A DNA stretch of 62,219 bases, taken from the IMG/VR virus record IMGVR_UViG_3300033148_004507. The stretch is one strand, 5' to 3'. This stretch comes from a virus (lineage: Duplodnaviria; Heunggongvirae; Uroviricota; Caudoviricetes). The notes beneath the pieces are model-generated. The model made no database searches, was not told the DNA's origin, and saw only the letters and a list, made by a program, of their open reading frames with translations. Below are positions 54,087 to 62,219 of this stretch, piece by piece. Each line of letters begins with the position of its first letter. Positions within the stretch are counted from its first letter, which is position 1. The position numbers were made by a program, and so were the translations under genes.

Positions 54087-56719
54087 TGAAACAAGACAGA
54101 GGGTTTACAAACGGACTCTCTAAATCCAAATTGCCATCTGGTAAATCATCAGACTCACCGAATGGTTTAACGAATGGCATGGGTAATAATCATCTTGGCA
54201 TGATAAATGGCAATGGTCATACAAATGGTATGGTAAACGGCTCATACAAGCAAATAAATGATATTAAAATTAATTTCAATAATCCACATAAAGTATCTAA
54301 AAAGTTTGCAATATTGGCAGTAGCAATACTTTTATTATCTATAATTTCAATTTCAATAATAATTGAACATGATATTAATGCCATCAGGCCAGTTATCGAT
54401 GGAGATTATAGGGAGTGGGATGATATGAATGATATTGGTTTTGGCAAGCTCGGCATTATTCAACAAGACAATAAAATATTATTTGCTCTTGAAAGGAATA
54501 ATATATTATCTGGTAATGGAAATATAACAGAATCATACTATTTCTTTATAAATGATATAAATTCTGAAGAAGGATTCTATCTTGGATATGATACATATGA
54601 ATATTACATTGACATATTTGGACGGGATGATAGAATATTTGATGCGAGAGGCTATCAATTTGACGAATCAAAAAAGAACAATGATTGGGCGGGCTTCACA
54701 TCTAAATACAGTTCATATAGCATACCATGTGCAAATAATAAAACAATAATTGAATTCGAAATCAATAGTATTATGTTAGGACATCAAAGTTTTGATAATA
54801 AAAGCCTTTTAATTTACCATTATGATACCGATGGTGGATATGAATACAGTCAGATATTAGATTTAAATCAAAACTCAACAAGTAACCAAATAAGTAATAC
54901 AAGGTCTGAAGTTTCAATAACATATAAACACATATTTGAAAAAAATGAACTCAATATAATAACAGAAAAACCATTAGCTTATCTCTCTATCCCATATGAA
55001 ATTCGAATAATTCAAGATAGAATAGAAACAGAGATATTTGAACCAATCTCGGAACAAATAAATATAACTGTGATTGAAGATAAATATATAGAACCTATTA
55101 AATCAATTATGACTGAAGAGAGAGGAACAAAAATAATAATTGATTACTACAATCATAAACCAGATATGATAGAGCAATGCGGGGGGCATATAATAAATAG
55201 TACAGTAGATGTGAACATTACTGATAAAGGACTTACATTATATAATTTTAATAAAACAGTCAAATCTATGAAAATAACTGGAGATATAAATACTACAATT
55301 ATAGGAGACATCACAAGGTCGGGGGCTATAAATATATCAAATTCATCATTACCTCCTAAAGAATCGACAGGTTCTATATCATCTATGAAGGCAGAAGAAT
55401 ATGATACCACAGAACAAGAAATAACAGTTGATGGTATATTAGACGAATATATCTGGGGTAGGATACCAACTGACCAATATTATATAGATGAAACATATGA
55501 TATGAAAATCTGGGTAGTAAGAAATTCCACACATCTTTTTATCGGAGTTCGTTCTATAGATGATGTTAGTGATGAAACATTAGATAAAACAGATATTTAT
55601 TTTGATACAGATAATGATAAAACTATCACTCCAGATATGGGTGATAAAAAGATTAGAATTGATGGTACAGATACAATCACATACTATGAAGGAAATGGCA
55701 CAGCATGGGAATCCACTACAACTCCAATAGGTTGGGATGCAGGAGAATCATTAACAGATTCAGATAGGACATATGAATTTACTATTCCTATTTCAGATTT
55801 GAATGAAAATGAGCAATTCAATAGTGTGAATACAACGATTGGATTTGGAGTATGGAATATTGACGAAATAACTATAGGCACAACACCAAGACAGTGGCAT
55901 TTGTGGTATCCAGATGCTTATGAAAACGCAGACCCTCCAACAACACAATATGATGAAAAACCAGATACTTGGGCAGATTTAGAATTTGGTAATAATTTTA
56001 TAGGTACAGAATTTACAGATTATGATATGTTTTCACCGATTACATCTACGGCTATTACGATAGATGGAGACTTAGACGAAACAGCATGGTCAACAACAGC
56101 ATATGATTGGACTATAGATTGTAATGGTCATGAAGCATATTTATATGTGATGAAAGACACTACATATCTTTATATAGGTTGGTATTCAAAAAATTATAAC
56201 ACACTCGAAGCAAATGATTTTTGTCAGATATATTTTGATACAGATTATGATGGTACATTAGACCCTGATGCGGGTGATAAATTATTAGAAATCAGCAATG
56301 ATAATTCTACAGCATATTTTTATGGTACTGGCACTGGTTGGGCATCAGGTACAATGCCTACAAATTGGCAAGGTTCGAATGGTATAACAACAGGAAATAT
56401 AACCTGGGAAGCAAGATTCACACTTTCTGAATTAGATACAAATAATAATTTCGGTGCAACAGATGAAATAATTGGATTTGGGATTAAAGTTGGGCATTCA
56501 TCAACAACACCATCATACACACTATCATGGCCTGATGCATGTGAGCATGATTTTGAGATGTCAAGATATGAATATCATCCTGAAAGTTGGGGAGATTTAA
56601 TCTATGCCGAGATTCCAGAATTTTCACAAATAATCCCAATGATAACATTTATGATGTCTATAATGATATTATTCACAATAAAAAGAAAAGATAAAGATAG
56701 GGAGGAATATGATAACTGA
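54086..56719 (+). CDS. Surface protein with N-terminal TNG repeats, tandem CBM9/DOMON-like domains and PEF-CTERM-like C-terminus
   Basis: FTNGL, NGLTNGM, HTNGMVNG; TM; ITVDGILDE and ITIDGDLDE repeats; IPEF + TM + KRK. Confidence 0.75.
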   Translation: MKQDRGFTNGLSKSKLPSGKSSDSPNGLTNGMGNNHLGMINGNGHTNGMVNGSYKQINDIKINFNNPHKVSKKFAILAVAILLLSIISISIIIEHDINAIRPVIDGDYREWDDMNDIGFGKLGIIQQDNKILFALERNNILSGNGNITESYYFFINDINSEEGFYLGYDTYEYYIDIFGRDDRIFDARGYQFDESKKNNDWAGFTSKYSSYSIPCANNKTIIEFEINSIMLGHQSFDNKSLLIYHYDTDGGYEYSQILDLNQNSTSNQISNTRSEVSITYKHIFEKNELNIITEKPLAYLSIPYEIRIIQDRIETEIFEPISEQINITVIEDKYIEPIKSIMTEERGTKIIIDYYNHKPDMIEQCGGHIINSTVDVNITDKGLTLYNFNKTVKSMKITGDINTTIIGDITRSGAINISNSSLPPKESTGSISSMKAEEYDTTEQEITVDGILDEYIWGRIPTDQYYIDETYDMKIWVVRNSTHLFIGVRSIDDVSDETLDKTDIYFDTDNDKTITPDMGDKKIRIDGTDTITYYEGNGTAWESTTTPIGWDAGESLTDSDRTYEFTIPISDLNENEQFNSVNTTIGFGVWNIDEITIGTTPRQWHLWYPDAYENADPPTTQYDEKPDTWADLEFGNNFIGTEFTDYDMFSPITSTAITIDGDLDETAWSTTAYDWTIDCNGHEAYLYVMKDTTYLYIGWYSKNYNTLEANDFCQIYFDTDYDGTLDPDAGDKLLEISNDNSTAYFYGTGTGWASGTMPTNWQGSNGITTGNITWEARFTLSELDTNNNFGATDEIIGFGIKVGHSSTTPSYTLSWPDACEHDFEMSRYEYHPESWGDLIYAEIPEFSQIIPMITFMMSIMILFTIKRKDKDREEYDN

Positions 56720-57383
56720 TAGATACATAAAAATCAATGCGGTAATATTCATATTATTAATTATACTTCCATCCATAGTCTTAGCATCAATTCCAACCCC
56801 TATAGCATTCGATAGAGATAACACATACGAGCTAGACGGGTATCGGCCAGGGGGCTACTACGTAATTCGTCAGAACCCTGCTTTAAACGGCTCTATGAAC
56901 ATTTCATATAGTGGTGGAGATGGCAATACTTTCAATATCACAACAGACAATATAGAAAATATAACTCTCGATTTTGACTTAATGTATGGTGAGAGAAGCT
57001 TCTTATTTGGTTGGGGGAATATTACTTGGGAGGATGCTGTCGCCTCATTAAATAATAGAATACACATCAATATTAATAACACAGATGGACTATCTGAACT
57101 TAGATTTGTAGACCAACCAGATTTAATTGTTAGAATATCTCTGAATGATATAGTAATTCATGATTGGGATAGGCTAGAAGATATAATTATATATACGAAT
57201 AATACAACTGGAGACAATCAAGTTTTAATAGAATTTCAGCCATTCCAGACATTAGTTGGTAATTTAATGTCATTATTACAATTCATTGTATTCTTTGGTA
57301 TAATGTTCTTAGTCTTAAGATGGATACACAGAGCATTATTCTATGATGAAGGTGAATATTATAATAGCTTCGGAGGAGAATAA
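56709..57383 (+). CDS. Secreted glycoprotein with C-terminal TM anchor
   Basis: Signal peptide; sequons; C-terminal hydrophobic helix. Confidence 0.75.
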   Translation: MITDRYIKINAVIFILLIILPSIVLASIPTPIAFDRDNTYELDGYRPGGYYVIRQNPALNGSMNISYSGGDGNTFNITTDNIENITLDFDLMYGERSFLFGWGNITWEDAVASLNNRIHININNTDGLSELRFVDQPDLIVRISLNDIVIHDWDRLEDIIIYTNNTTGDNQVLIEFQPFQTLVGNLMSLLQFIVFFGIMFLVLRWIHRALFYDEGEYYNSFGGE

Positions 57384-57384
57384 A

Positions 57385-57660
57385 ATGAGTAAGGGCAGTG
57401 GTTGGCATAATAATTCATATAATCATAAACTTGCAAGCATGGGGATAAAGACAAAAATAATTAGAGATATGAGAATCAAAAAGCCTGTTAAAGTTATATG
57501 GAAACAAGAGGATAAGAATGAAGATACAATACAATTAGAGAAAGATTTCAAAGACCATAAAGATGCCAGTGAACATATTATTAGATTAGAAAAGAGTGCC
57601 GAGAGTGTTAATAAACCTGTTGAAATAATCGAAGTAAAACAGATTACTAGGAGAGATTAA
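57385..57660 (+). CDS. Leader-tag protein 15
   Basis: GWHNNSYNHKLASMGIKT; start moved to ATG 57385. Confidence 0.75.
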   Translation: MSKGSGWHNNSYNHKLASMGIKTKIIRDMRIKKPVKVIWKQEDKNEDTIQLEKDFKDHKDASEHIIRLEKSAESVNKPVEIIEVKQITRRD

Positions 57661-57662
57661 GA

Positions 57663-59243
57663 ATGAAAGGAAAAACAACAATAATATTGATGACAATAAC
57701 ACTGATGATAACATCTGTAATGTTCATCGGGCAGGTAAATGCAGAAACTACACCACAACCAGAAGTACAATATAACCTACATGATAGAATTGTAATTGAT
57801 ATAGTTGATGATTTTATGTTATATCCAGAAATAACTGGTGATGGCACAGAATTTAACACATACATAATAGAAAATATTGAAATTGACGGGTCAATGGAAG
57901 AGGGGAGTTGTATTTATATCAGTGTAGATGACCCTGTATATGTCATAATAAGGGATTCATATTTACACGACTCTGTGTATGGGAATACACCAGGTGCAGA
58001 CCCTCCTGATGATTATCCATCAGGTATTGCTATTTTCGGGGGTATAAATTTAATTATAGACAATGTTGTTTTGGAGAATCATAATGAAATGGGGCAGGAA
58101 AGTCATGGAATTTATGCAGAAAACTCATTTTTGGATAGTACAGATATGAATATAGAAGTCATAGATTGTGAAATAACTACTTCTCTCAAAGCTTTATGGA
58201 TAGATTGTTATTATGGTGGATTAGTTGAAATTAAAAATAATACCATTCATAATAACAATGATATATCCGAATTTACTCTCAGTATTGAAAACCACATCAT
58301 ATCTGGGAATGAATATTATTCAAATGCGGGTGCGCTCATTGTCACTGGAGATAGCATTGAAATTTCTAATAATTCATTCCATGATAATACCCCATTTACT
58401 GCATTCTCTACAGGTACAGATGATTCAAAAATATGTTTTAATACATTCACCAATAATGGCATAGGGATGTATCTTGGTGTTACTCATAACAATATCATAT
58501 TTAATAACACATTCCAAGCCAATAACTACGGGATTAGTATTTTCAATTCTGGTTATGACCATGTATTTTGGAATAGATTTATTAATAATACTAACCAATA
58601 TTATACTTTTGGTATGTCATTACCATATTGGTGGAATTTAACATATTATGAGGGTGGTGGGAATTATTGGTCTGATTATAATGGTACAGATATATATTCT
58701 GGAGTCAATCAAGATGAGGAAGGCAGGGATTATATTGGAGATACACCGTATGAGATAGGAACAATAACTGATTATTATCCTTTAATCAACATATCTGGTT
58801 GGGTCAATCTTACTGTACCTGCTATATACGATGCCTATTCAATAGATGATAATAAAACCATTGCATTTTCATTCTATGAATATATGGATACTGAGAGTAA
58901 TGGAACAGCCCTTATTGATAATACAACCGAAGTCAATTATACCTGGGAAGATTCTAATACATTAATAGTAGATACTAATGGAACAACAGAAAACGAAACA
59001 TTCACATTGACGGTATCTGATTTCGAAAGCAAGTCTGGGTATGAAATGCAAGAGTACGAATCAATATTCGCCATTCAATTACCAACTACCTACCCTTTAG
59101 AGCCAGAAAATGAGCTTGAAGTCCAGCTTACAGTCTGGCAAGTATTACAACCGATGTTCATTGGCATCCTGGCATTAATGATAATTATAATATTCTTCAA
59201 AAAGATGAAGGAAGGTCTTGAGGAAGATTTCGGAGATGTATAA
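57663..59243 (+). CDS. NosD/right-handed beta-helix surface protein with C-terminal TM anchor
   Basis: Parallel beta-helix repeats (NTFTNNGIGMYL, NNTFQANNYGISI); GGNYWSDYNGTD...IGDTPYEI...DYYPL. Confidence 0.85.
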   Translation: MKGKTTIILMTITLMITSVMFIGQVNAETTPQPEVQYNLHDRIVIDIVDDFMLYPEITGDGTEFNTYIIENIEIDGSMEEGSCIYISVDDPVYVIIRDSYLHDSVYGNTPGADPPDDYPSGIAIFGGINLIIDNVVLENHNEMGQESHGIYAENSFLDSTDMNIEVIDCEITTSLKALWIDCYYGGLVEIKNNTIHNNNDISEFTLSIENHIISGNEYYSNAGALIVTGDSIEISNNSFHDNTPFTAFSTGTDDSKICFNTFTNNGIGMYLGVTHNNIIFNNTFQANNYGISIFNSGYDHVFWNRFINNTNQYYTFGMSLPYWWNLTYYEGGGNYWSDYNGTDIYSGVNQDEEGRDYIGDTPYEIGTITDYYPLINISGWVNLTVPAIYDAYSIDDNKTIAFSFYEYMDTESNGTALIDNTTEVNYTWEDSNTLIVDTNGTTENETFTLTVSDFESKSGYEMQEYESIFAIQLPTTYPLEPENELEVQLTVWQVLQPMFIGILALMIIIIFFKKMKEGLEEDFGDV

Positions 59244-59795
59244 ATGAAAAAAGGTAGAGGTTGGAGAAACGAATCACAGCGACACAGGATGAGTGCCTAT
59301 GGTGTTAAGACAGCCAATCAACCGATGAAGGCCAGTGGTCTTGATGATAAAATCATGCTCGAAGAGATGCGAACAACACATGAGCATATGGAGAATATTC
59401 AGAGTTCATATGATGATGAATTCGGGGATGATGAAAGCTTAGATTTCTATAGGGGGGTCAATGCATTAGGGGAAGTAATTGATAGACAGGGCGATTTGAA
59501 ATCGTCAGGCAAGATAAAAGTTGGTAAGAATTCATATTGGTCTGATGCAACACAAGATATTATTGATAATGGTCTTGAATCTAAGCTTGGATATGATTAT
59601 AACAAATATATAAATAATGAATATTCAAACAAACAAATGAATCGATTTTACAAAAAAGCAATAAAAAGCGAAGAGCTATGGAAAGATTTCAGTGAGGAAT
59701 TTAAGAAAGAATTCGAAAGAAATCCTACGAGAAAGGAATATATCTATCATATAAGATTCAATATGAATAAGAAAAATAGGAGGGAAAATAAATGA
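59244..59795 (+). CDS. Leader-tag protein 16
   Basis: GWRNESQRHRMSAYGVKT; MKASG; LKSSG. Confidence 0.8.
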   Translation: MKKGRGWRNESQRHRMSAYGVKTANQPMKASGLDDKIMLEEMRTTHEHMENIQSSYDDEFGDDESLDFYRGVNALGEVIDRQGDLKSSGKIKVGKNSYWSDATQDIIDNGLESKLGYDYNKYINNEYSNKQMNRFYKKAIKSEELWKDFSEEFKKEFERNPTRKEYIYHIRFNMNKKNRRENK

Positions 59796-60304
59796 AAGGC
59801 AAGGGGAAAGGTTGGCACGATGAATCGCAACGGCATAGAATGAGTGCATATGGTTTATCAACTAAAGAGAATTTCAATAATAAACCCAGATATAAAGGAC
59901 AGCACGTTCACACCATTACAAAGGAAGACATCGGTCAGATGTACACTAAATATAAATCCTGTAACGAATGTGATAATAGTGCAGTCATTGTATGGTCAGA
60001 TGTTCTTGGGGAGGTATTACCTTTAGATGTTGGTAAAAGAGTAATGCTTATTGATGGCATCCATATGGTTGAGAATGACGAGCAATTAAAGAGAAGATTA
60101 CAATCATCTGGGCAAAAGAAAGTAAAATTAATAGATGTCAGAAAGAAAATATTAGATGATATGGGGATTAGTTACGATTATTATCCACCAGAGCAGACAA
60201 ATGATGGAAAAGCAAGATGGATATACCTAGGTGATAAAGAGTCAAAGAGTTTTAAAACATATCCAAGTTTTGAAAGATATTTAGAATCAATAGGAGATAT
60301 TTAA
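59792..60304 (+). CDS. Leader-tag protein 17
   Basis: GWHDESQRHRMSAYGLST; CNEC; VLPLDVGKRV; LQSSG. Confidence 0.8.
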   Translation: MKGKGKGWHDESQRHRMSAYGLSTKENFNNKPRYKGQHVHTITKEDIGQMYTKYKSCNECDNSAVIVWSDVLGEVLPLDVGKRVMLIDGIHMVENDEQLKRRLQSSGQKKVKLIDVRKKILDDMGISYDYYPPEQTNDGKARWIYLGDKESKSFKTYPSFERYLESIGDI

Positions 60305-60826
60305 ATGCCAGAAGAATTCAGAGAATTAGTAAAAGACCAACTGGAGCAGGGAAAAGATAAGAAAGAGGCCACACGTATGGCATCAATAGTATTCTGGAAA
60401 ATATACGGAACCACGCCAAGAAAGGCTGATAAACTAGAGCAAGAAGGTAGATGGAATCCCGATATGTACAGAAGGATGTCTGCAAGCGGTGTATTAAAGA
60501 AACCAAACAGCATTCTATTAATTGGAGACATTAATAAAATAGATGAGCTAAAGAACGTTACAGGCTTATTTCCAGTTGATGAAGAACATTTTGATAATGA
60601 TAAAATAGGGGCCGAATTCATAGTTCGAAGTTCAGAAGATAGGGGTTTATTGCTAGATAGTGCTACCAATCTCGGTCTTGCAACATCTGTATCTTCATTC
60701 TCCAGTCAACCAGTAGGTATGGCAAGTGGTTATAAAAACAAGTCAAACGGTATTGGGTGTGGTTGGCATGGCGATTCCAGAGGTCACTCAAGAGCAGGTA
60801 AGAAAGGCTGGAGGAATAGGAGATAA
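60305..60826 (+). CDS. Leader-tag protein 18 (tag at the C-terminus)
   Basis: Ends GWHGDSRGHSRAGKKGWRNRR; MSASG internally. Confidence 0.75.
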   Translation: MPEEFRELVKDQLEQGKDKKEATRMASIVFWKIYGTTPRKADKLEQEGRWNPDMYRRMSASGVLKKPNSILLIGDINKIDELKNVTGLFPVDEEHFDNDKIGAEFIVRSSEDRGLLLDSATNLGLATSVSSFSSQPVGMASGYKNKSNGIGCGWHGDSRGHSRAGKKGWRNRR

Positions 60827-60831
60827 TATAA

Positions 60832-61461
60832 ATGAGTAGGCGAAATAAAGGCTGGAAGAACGAGTCGCATCGACATCAGCTTGCAGGCATGGGCATCAGT
60901 ACATCAAATGGAATTAAAGCAATTAAACCATCTGATAAAATAGATATAAATAAATATTTTGATTATAATAAAGCAGGATATGATATAGATTCATTATTAT
61001 TAATCCCTTCACGAAAACAATCCAAAAAACATTTAATGTGGGATGTTGAAGATTATATATATTGGCTTAGAGGTGAATCGAGCTATGGCGAAGATGTTAA
61101 AATAAAAATATTTTTAAAAGATGAGGCGTTTGACAAGCCATATGATTTGGAAGATTTCGATATTGAGAAGAATAGATTAGTAAGGTATGAGGGGCAATAT
61201 TATAACATACCAATAAAAAGACCTTTGAATAGAAATAATATTGAAAACATCATCAAGATTGATTCATACGGGACATACGATTTCTATGGTGAATTAATAT
61301 ATGATTATGAAGTTATAGATATGTTAGATAATAAAGATTTAAAATTAAAAGAAGACATATTTGACTTGTATAATAATCAAACAGCATTAAGATTAAAAAA
61401 TATGGATTGGATAGATATTACACCCGAATCTATAAAGAAATGGAGGAATCAAGATGAATAA
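60832..61461 (+). CDS. Leader-tag protein 19
   Basis: GWKNESHRHQLAGMGISTSNG. Confidence 0.8.
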   Translation: MSRRNKGWKNESHRHQLAGMGISTSNGIKAIKPSDKIDINKYFDYNKAGYDIDSLLLIPSRKQSKKHLMWDVEDYIYWLRGESSYGEDVKIKIFLKDEAFDKPYDLEDFDIEKNRLVRYEGQYYNIPIKRPLNRNNIENIIKIDSYGTYDFYGELIYDYEVIDMLDNKDLKLKEDIFDLYNNQTALRLKNMDWIDITPESIKKWRNQDE

Positions 61462-62056
61462 GAAATCTGGTTGGCACAATGAGTCGCATCGTCATAGGCT
61501 TGCAAGCATGGGCATTAGTACAAACGATAGAATGATAATTTTCAGTTCGAATGGTCAGCCAGAAAACAAATATTTTAAAATGGATACTGGCCTTCCAGTA
61601 CATCAGGATATGATGGACAATCCAGAATATTTCAGAAAGAATAAAGAAATACAATGGAAGATAATTTGGATAACTGCTGATGAATATGAAGAAGCAATTT
61701 CAAAAGGATTCAAAGAAGAATCTATGGTATTAAGAAATAAATATATTCCAGATAGTGAAATTAGACATAGAATATCTGAAGAACATCTTGAGAAGATTAA
61801 AAATATAATGATTAATTTAGAAAAGCAGGGAGATGGTATTGACATGCCAAATTTGAGGTATTCTACACATTATGGTTACAGAAGCGAAACAAAAAAGCCG
61901 TACTTCGACCAAGAAGGCCATCATCGAACAGTCGCATCCAGGGAGCTTGGGGAAGAGATGATTCCAGTATTCATTGAATTCCCAACAGAAATTAATGATA
62001 TTGAATTAGTAAAGCAATATATGACTAATAAAATAAAACAAAAAGTATTAGAATAA
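61454..62056 (+). CDS. Leader-tag protein 20 with ParB/Srx-like domain
   Basis: GWHNESHRHRLASMGIST; FSSNG; DQEGHHRTVASRELGEEMIPV. Confidence 0.75.
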   Translation: MNKKSGWHNESHRHRLASMGISTNDRMIIFSSNGQPENKYFKMDTGLPVHQDMMDNPEYFRKNKEIQWKIIWITADEYEEAISKGFKEESMVLRNKYIPDSEIRHRISEEHLEKIKNIMINLEKQGDGIDMPNLRYSTHYGYRSETKKPYFDQEGHHRTVASRELGEEMIPVFIEFPTEINDIELVKQYMTNKIKQKVLE

Positions 62057-62086
62057 GAGGGATTATATATGGGTAAGGGCGATATA

Positions 62087-62219
62087 ATGAAAAAAAAAAT
62101 ATTACCAATACTGTTAGTATGTCTTATAACTCTGTCTGGGTTCACAGGCTTTACGAATGCAATTGATTCTAATGATGACCAAATCCAGGCATCATACAAT
62201 ATAACAAATGTTTGGGAGC
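62087..62219 (+). CDS. Partial secreted protein (runs off the window)
   Basis: Signal peptide MKKKILPILLVCLITLSGFTGFTNA|ID; alternative in-frame ATG at 62069. Confidence 0.6.
   Translation, partial: MKKKILPILLVCLITLSGFTGFTNAIDSNDDQIQASYNITNVWE

Larger units (their letters stand above)
1..62219 (+). mobile_element. Archaeal virus / provirus-like genome segment (window is entirely within the element)
   Basis: Dense, unidirectional, often overlapping small ORFs; virus-typical families (YopX, DUF5131, DUF4326, HNH, ASCH); many CxxC microproteins; viral tRNA; no housekeeping genes. Confidence 0.88.

Noticed and set aside
33780-59243. Diversity-generating retroelement acting on the surface proteins
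   Set aside because: No reverse transcriptase, and I noticed no template/variable repeat pair differing at adenines
40935-62056. Leader repeats as a CRISPR array, DNA repeat or promoter element
   Set aside because: Copies are in-frame, irregularly spaced, and differ mainly at synonymous positions, so conservation is at the peptide level; no cas genes are present
484-62199. All minus-strand ORFs in the track (e.g. 6071-6595, 33557-34081, 60301-60669)
   Set aside because: They are shadows of + strand genes, with no RBS, no motifs, and S/F/L/I-rich composition expected from the antisense of purine-rich coding DNA

Overview
This looks like a 62-kb segment of an archaeal virus (or provirus/virus-like element). 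The host is probably a euryarchaeote, and Thermoplasmatota is my inference. Support: archaeal TATA boxes, GGAGG/GGTGA ribosome-binding sites, an A1-U72 tRNA-Gln without CCA, a PEF-CTERM-type sorting signal, and NosD and beta-propeller surface domains. Every credible gene is on the + strand. Layout: (1) 1-20.7 kb holds about 60 small accessory genes (Zn-finger microproteins, DUF5131 radical SAM, PD-(D/E)xK and HNH nucleases, YopX, ASCH, DUF4326, a degenerate tyrosine recombinase). (2) tRNA-Gln(UUG) is followed by about 900 bp of AT-rich non-coding DNA. (3) Next come a P-loop ATPase with a mini-intein in Walker A, a GNAT, and an IscB/omegaRNA locus. (4) 28-40.8 kb holds membrane proteins and large membrane-anchored glycoproteins. 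(5) 40.9-62 kb is the main finding: 20 otherwise unrelated proteins share a short basic peptide (GWxxESxRHxxAxMGIxT), and 16 of the 20 also carry a hydrophobic-x-[AS]-[SGNM]-G motif. One member is a JAB/MPN-like metalloprotease. My hypothesis is a tag-based system that loads cargo proteins into virions and processes them; this is not demonstrated. The second notable finding is that the IscB guide matches a site in a long hairpin about 190 bp downstream of iscB itself. No terminase, portal, HK97 capsid or DNA polymerase gene is recognisable in the window. All family assignments come from motif recognition by eye, not from database searches.
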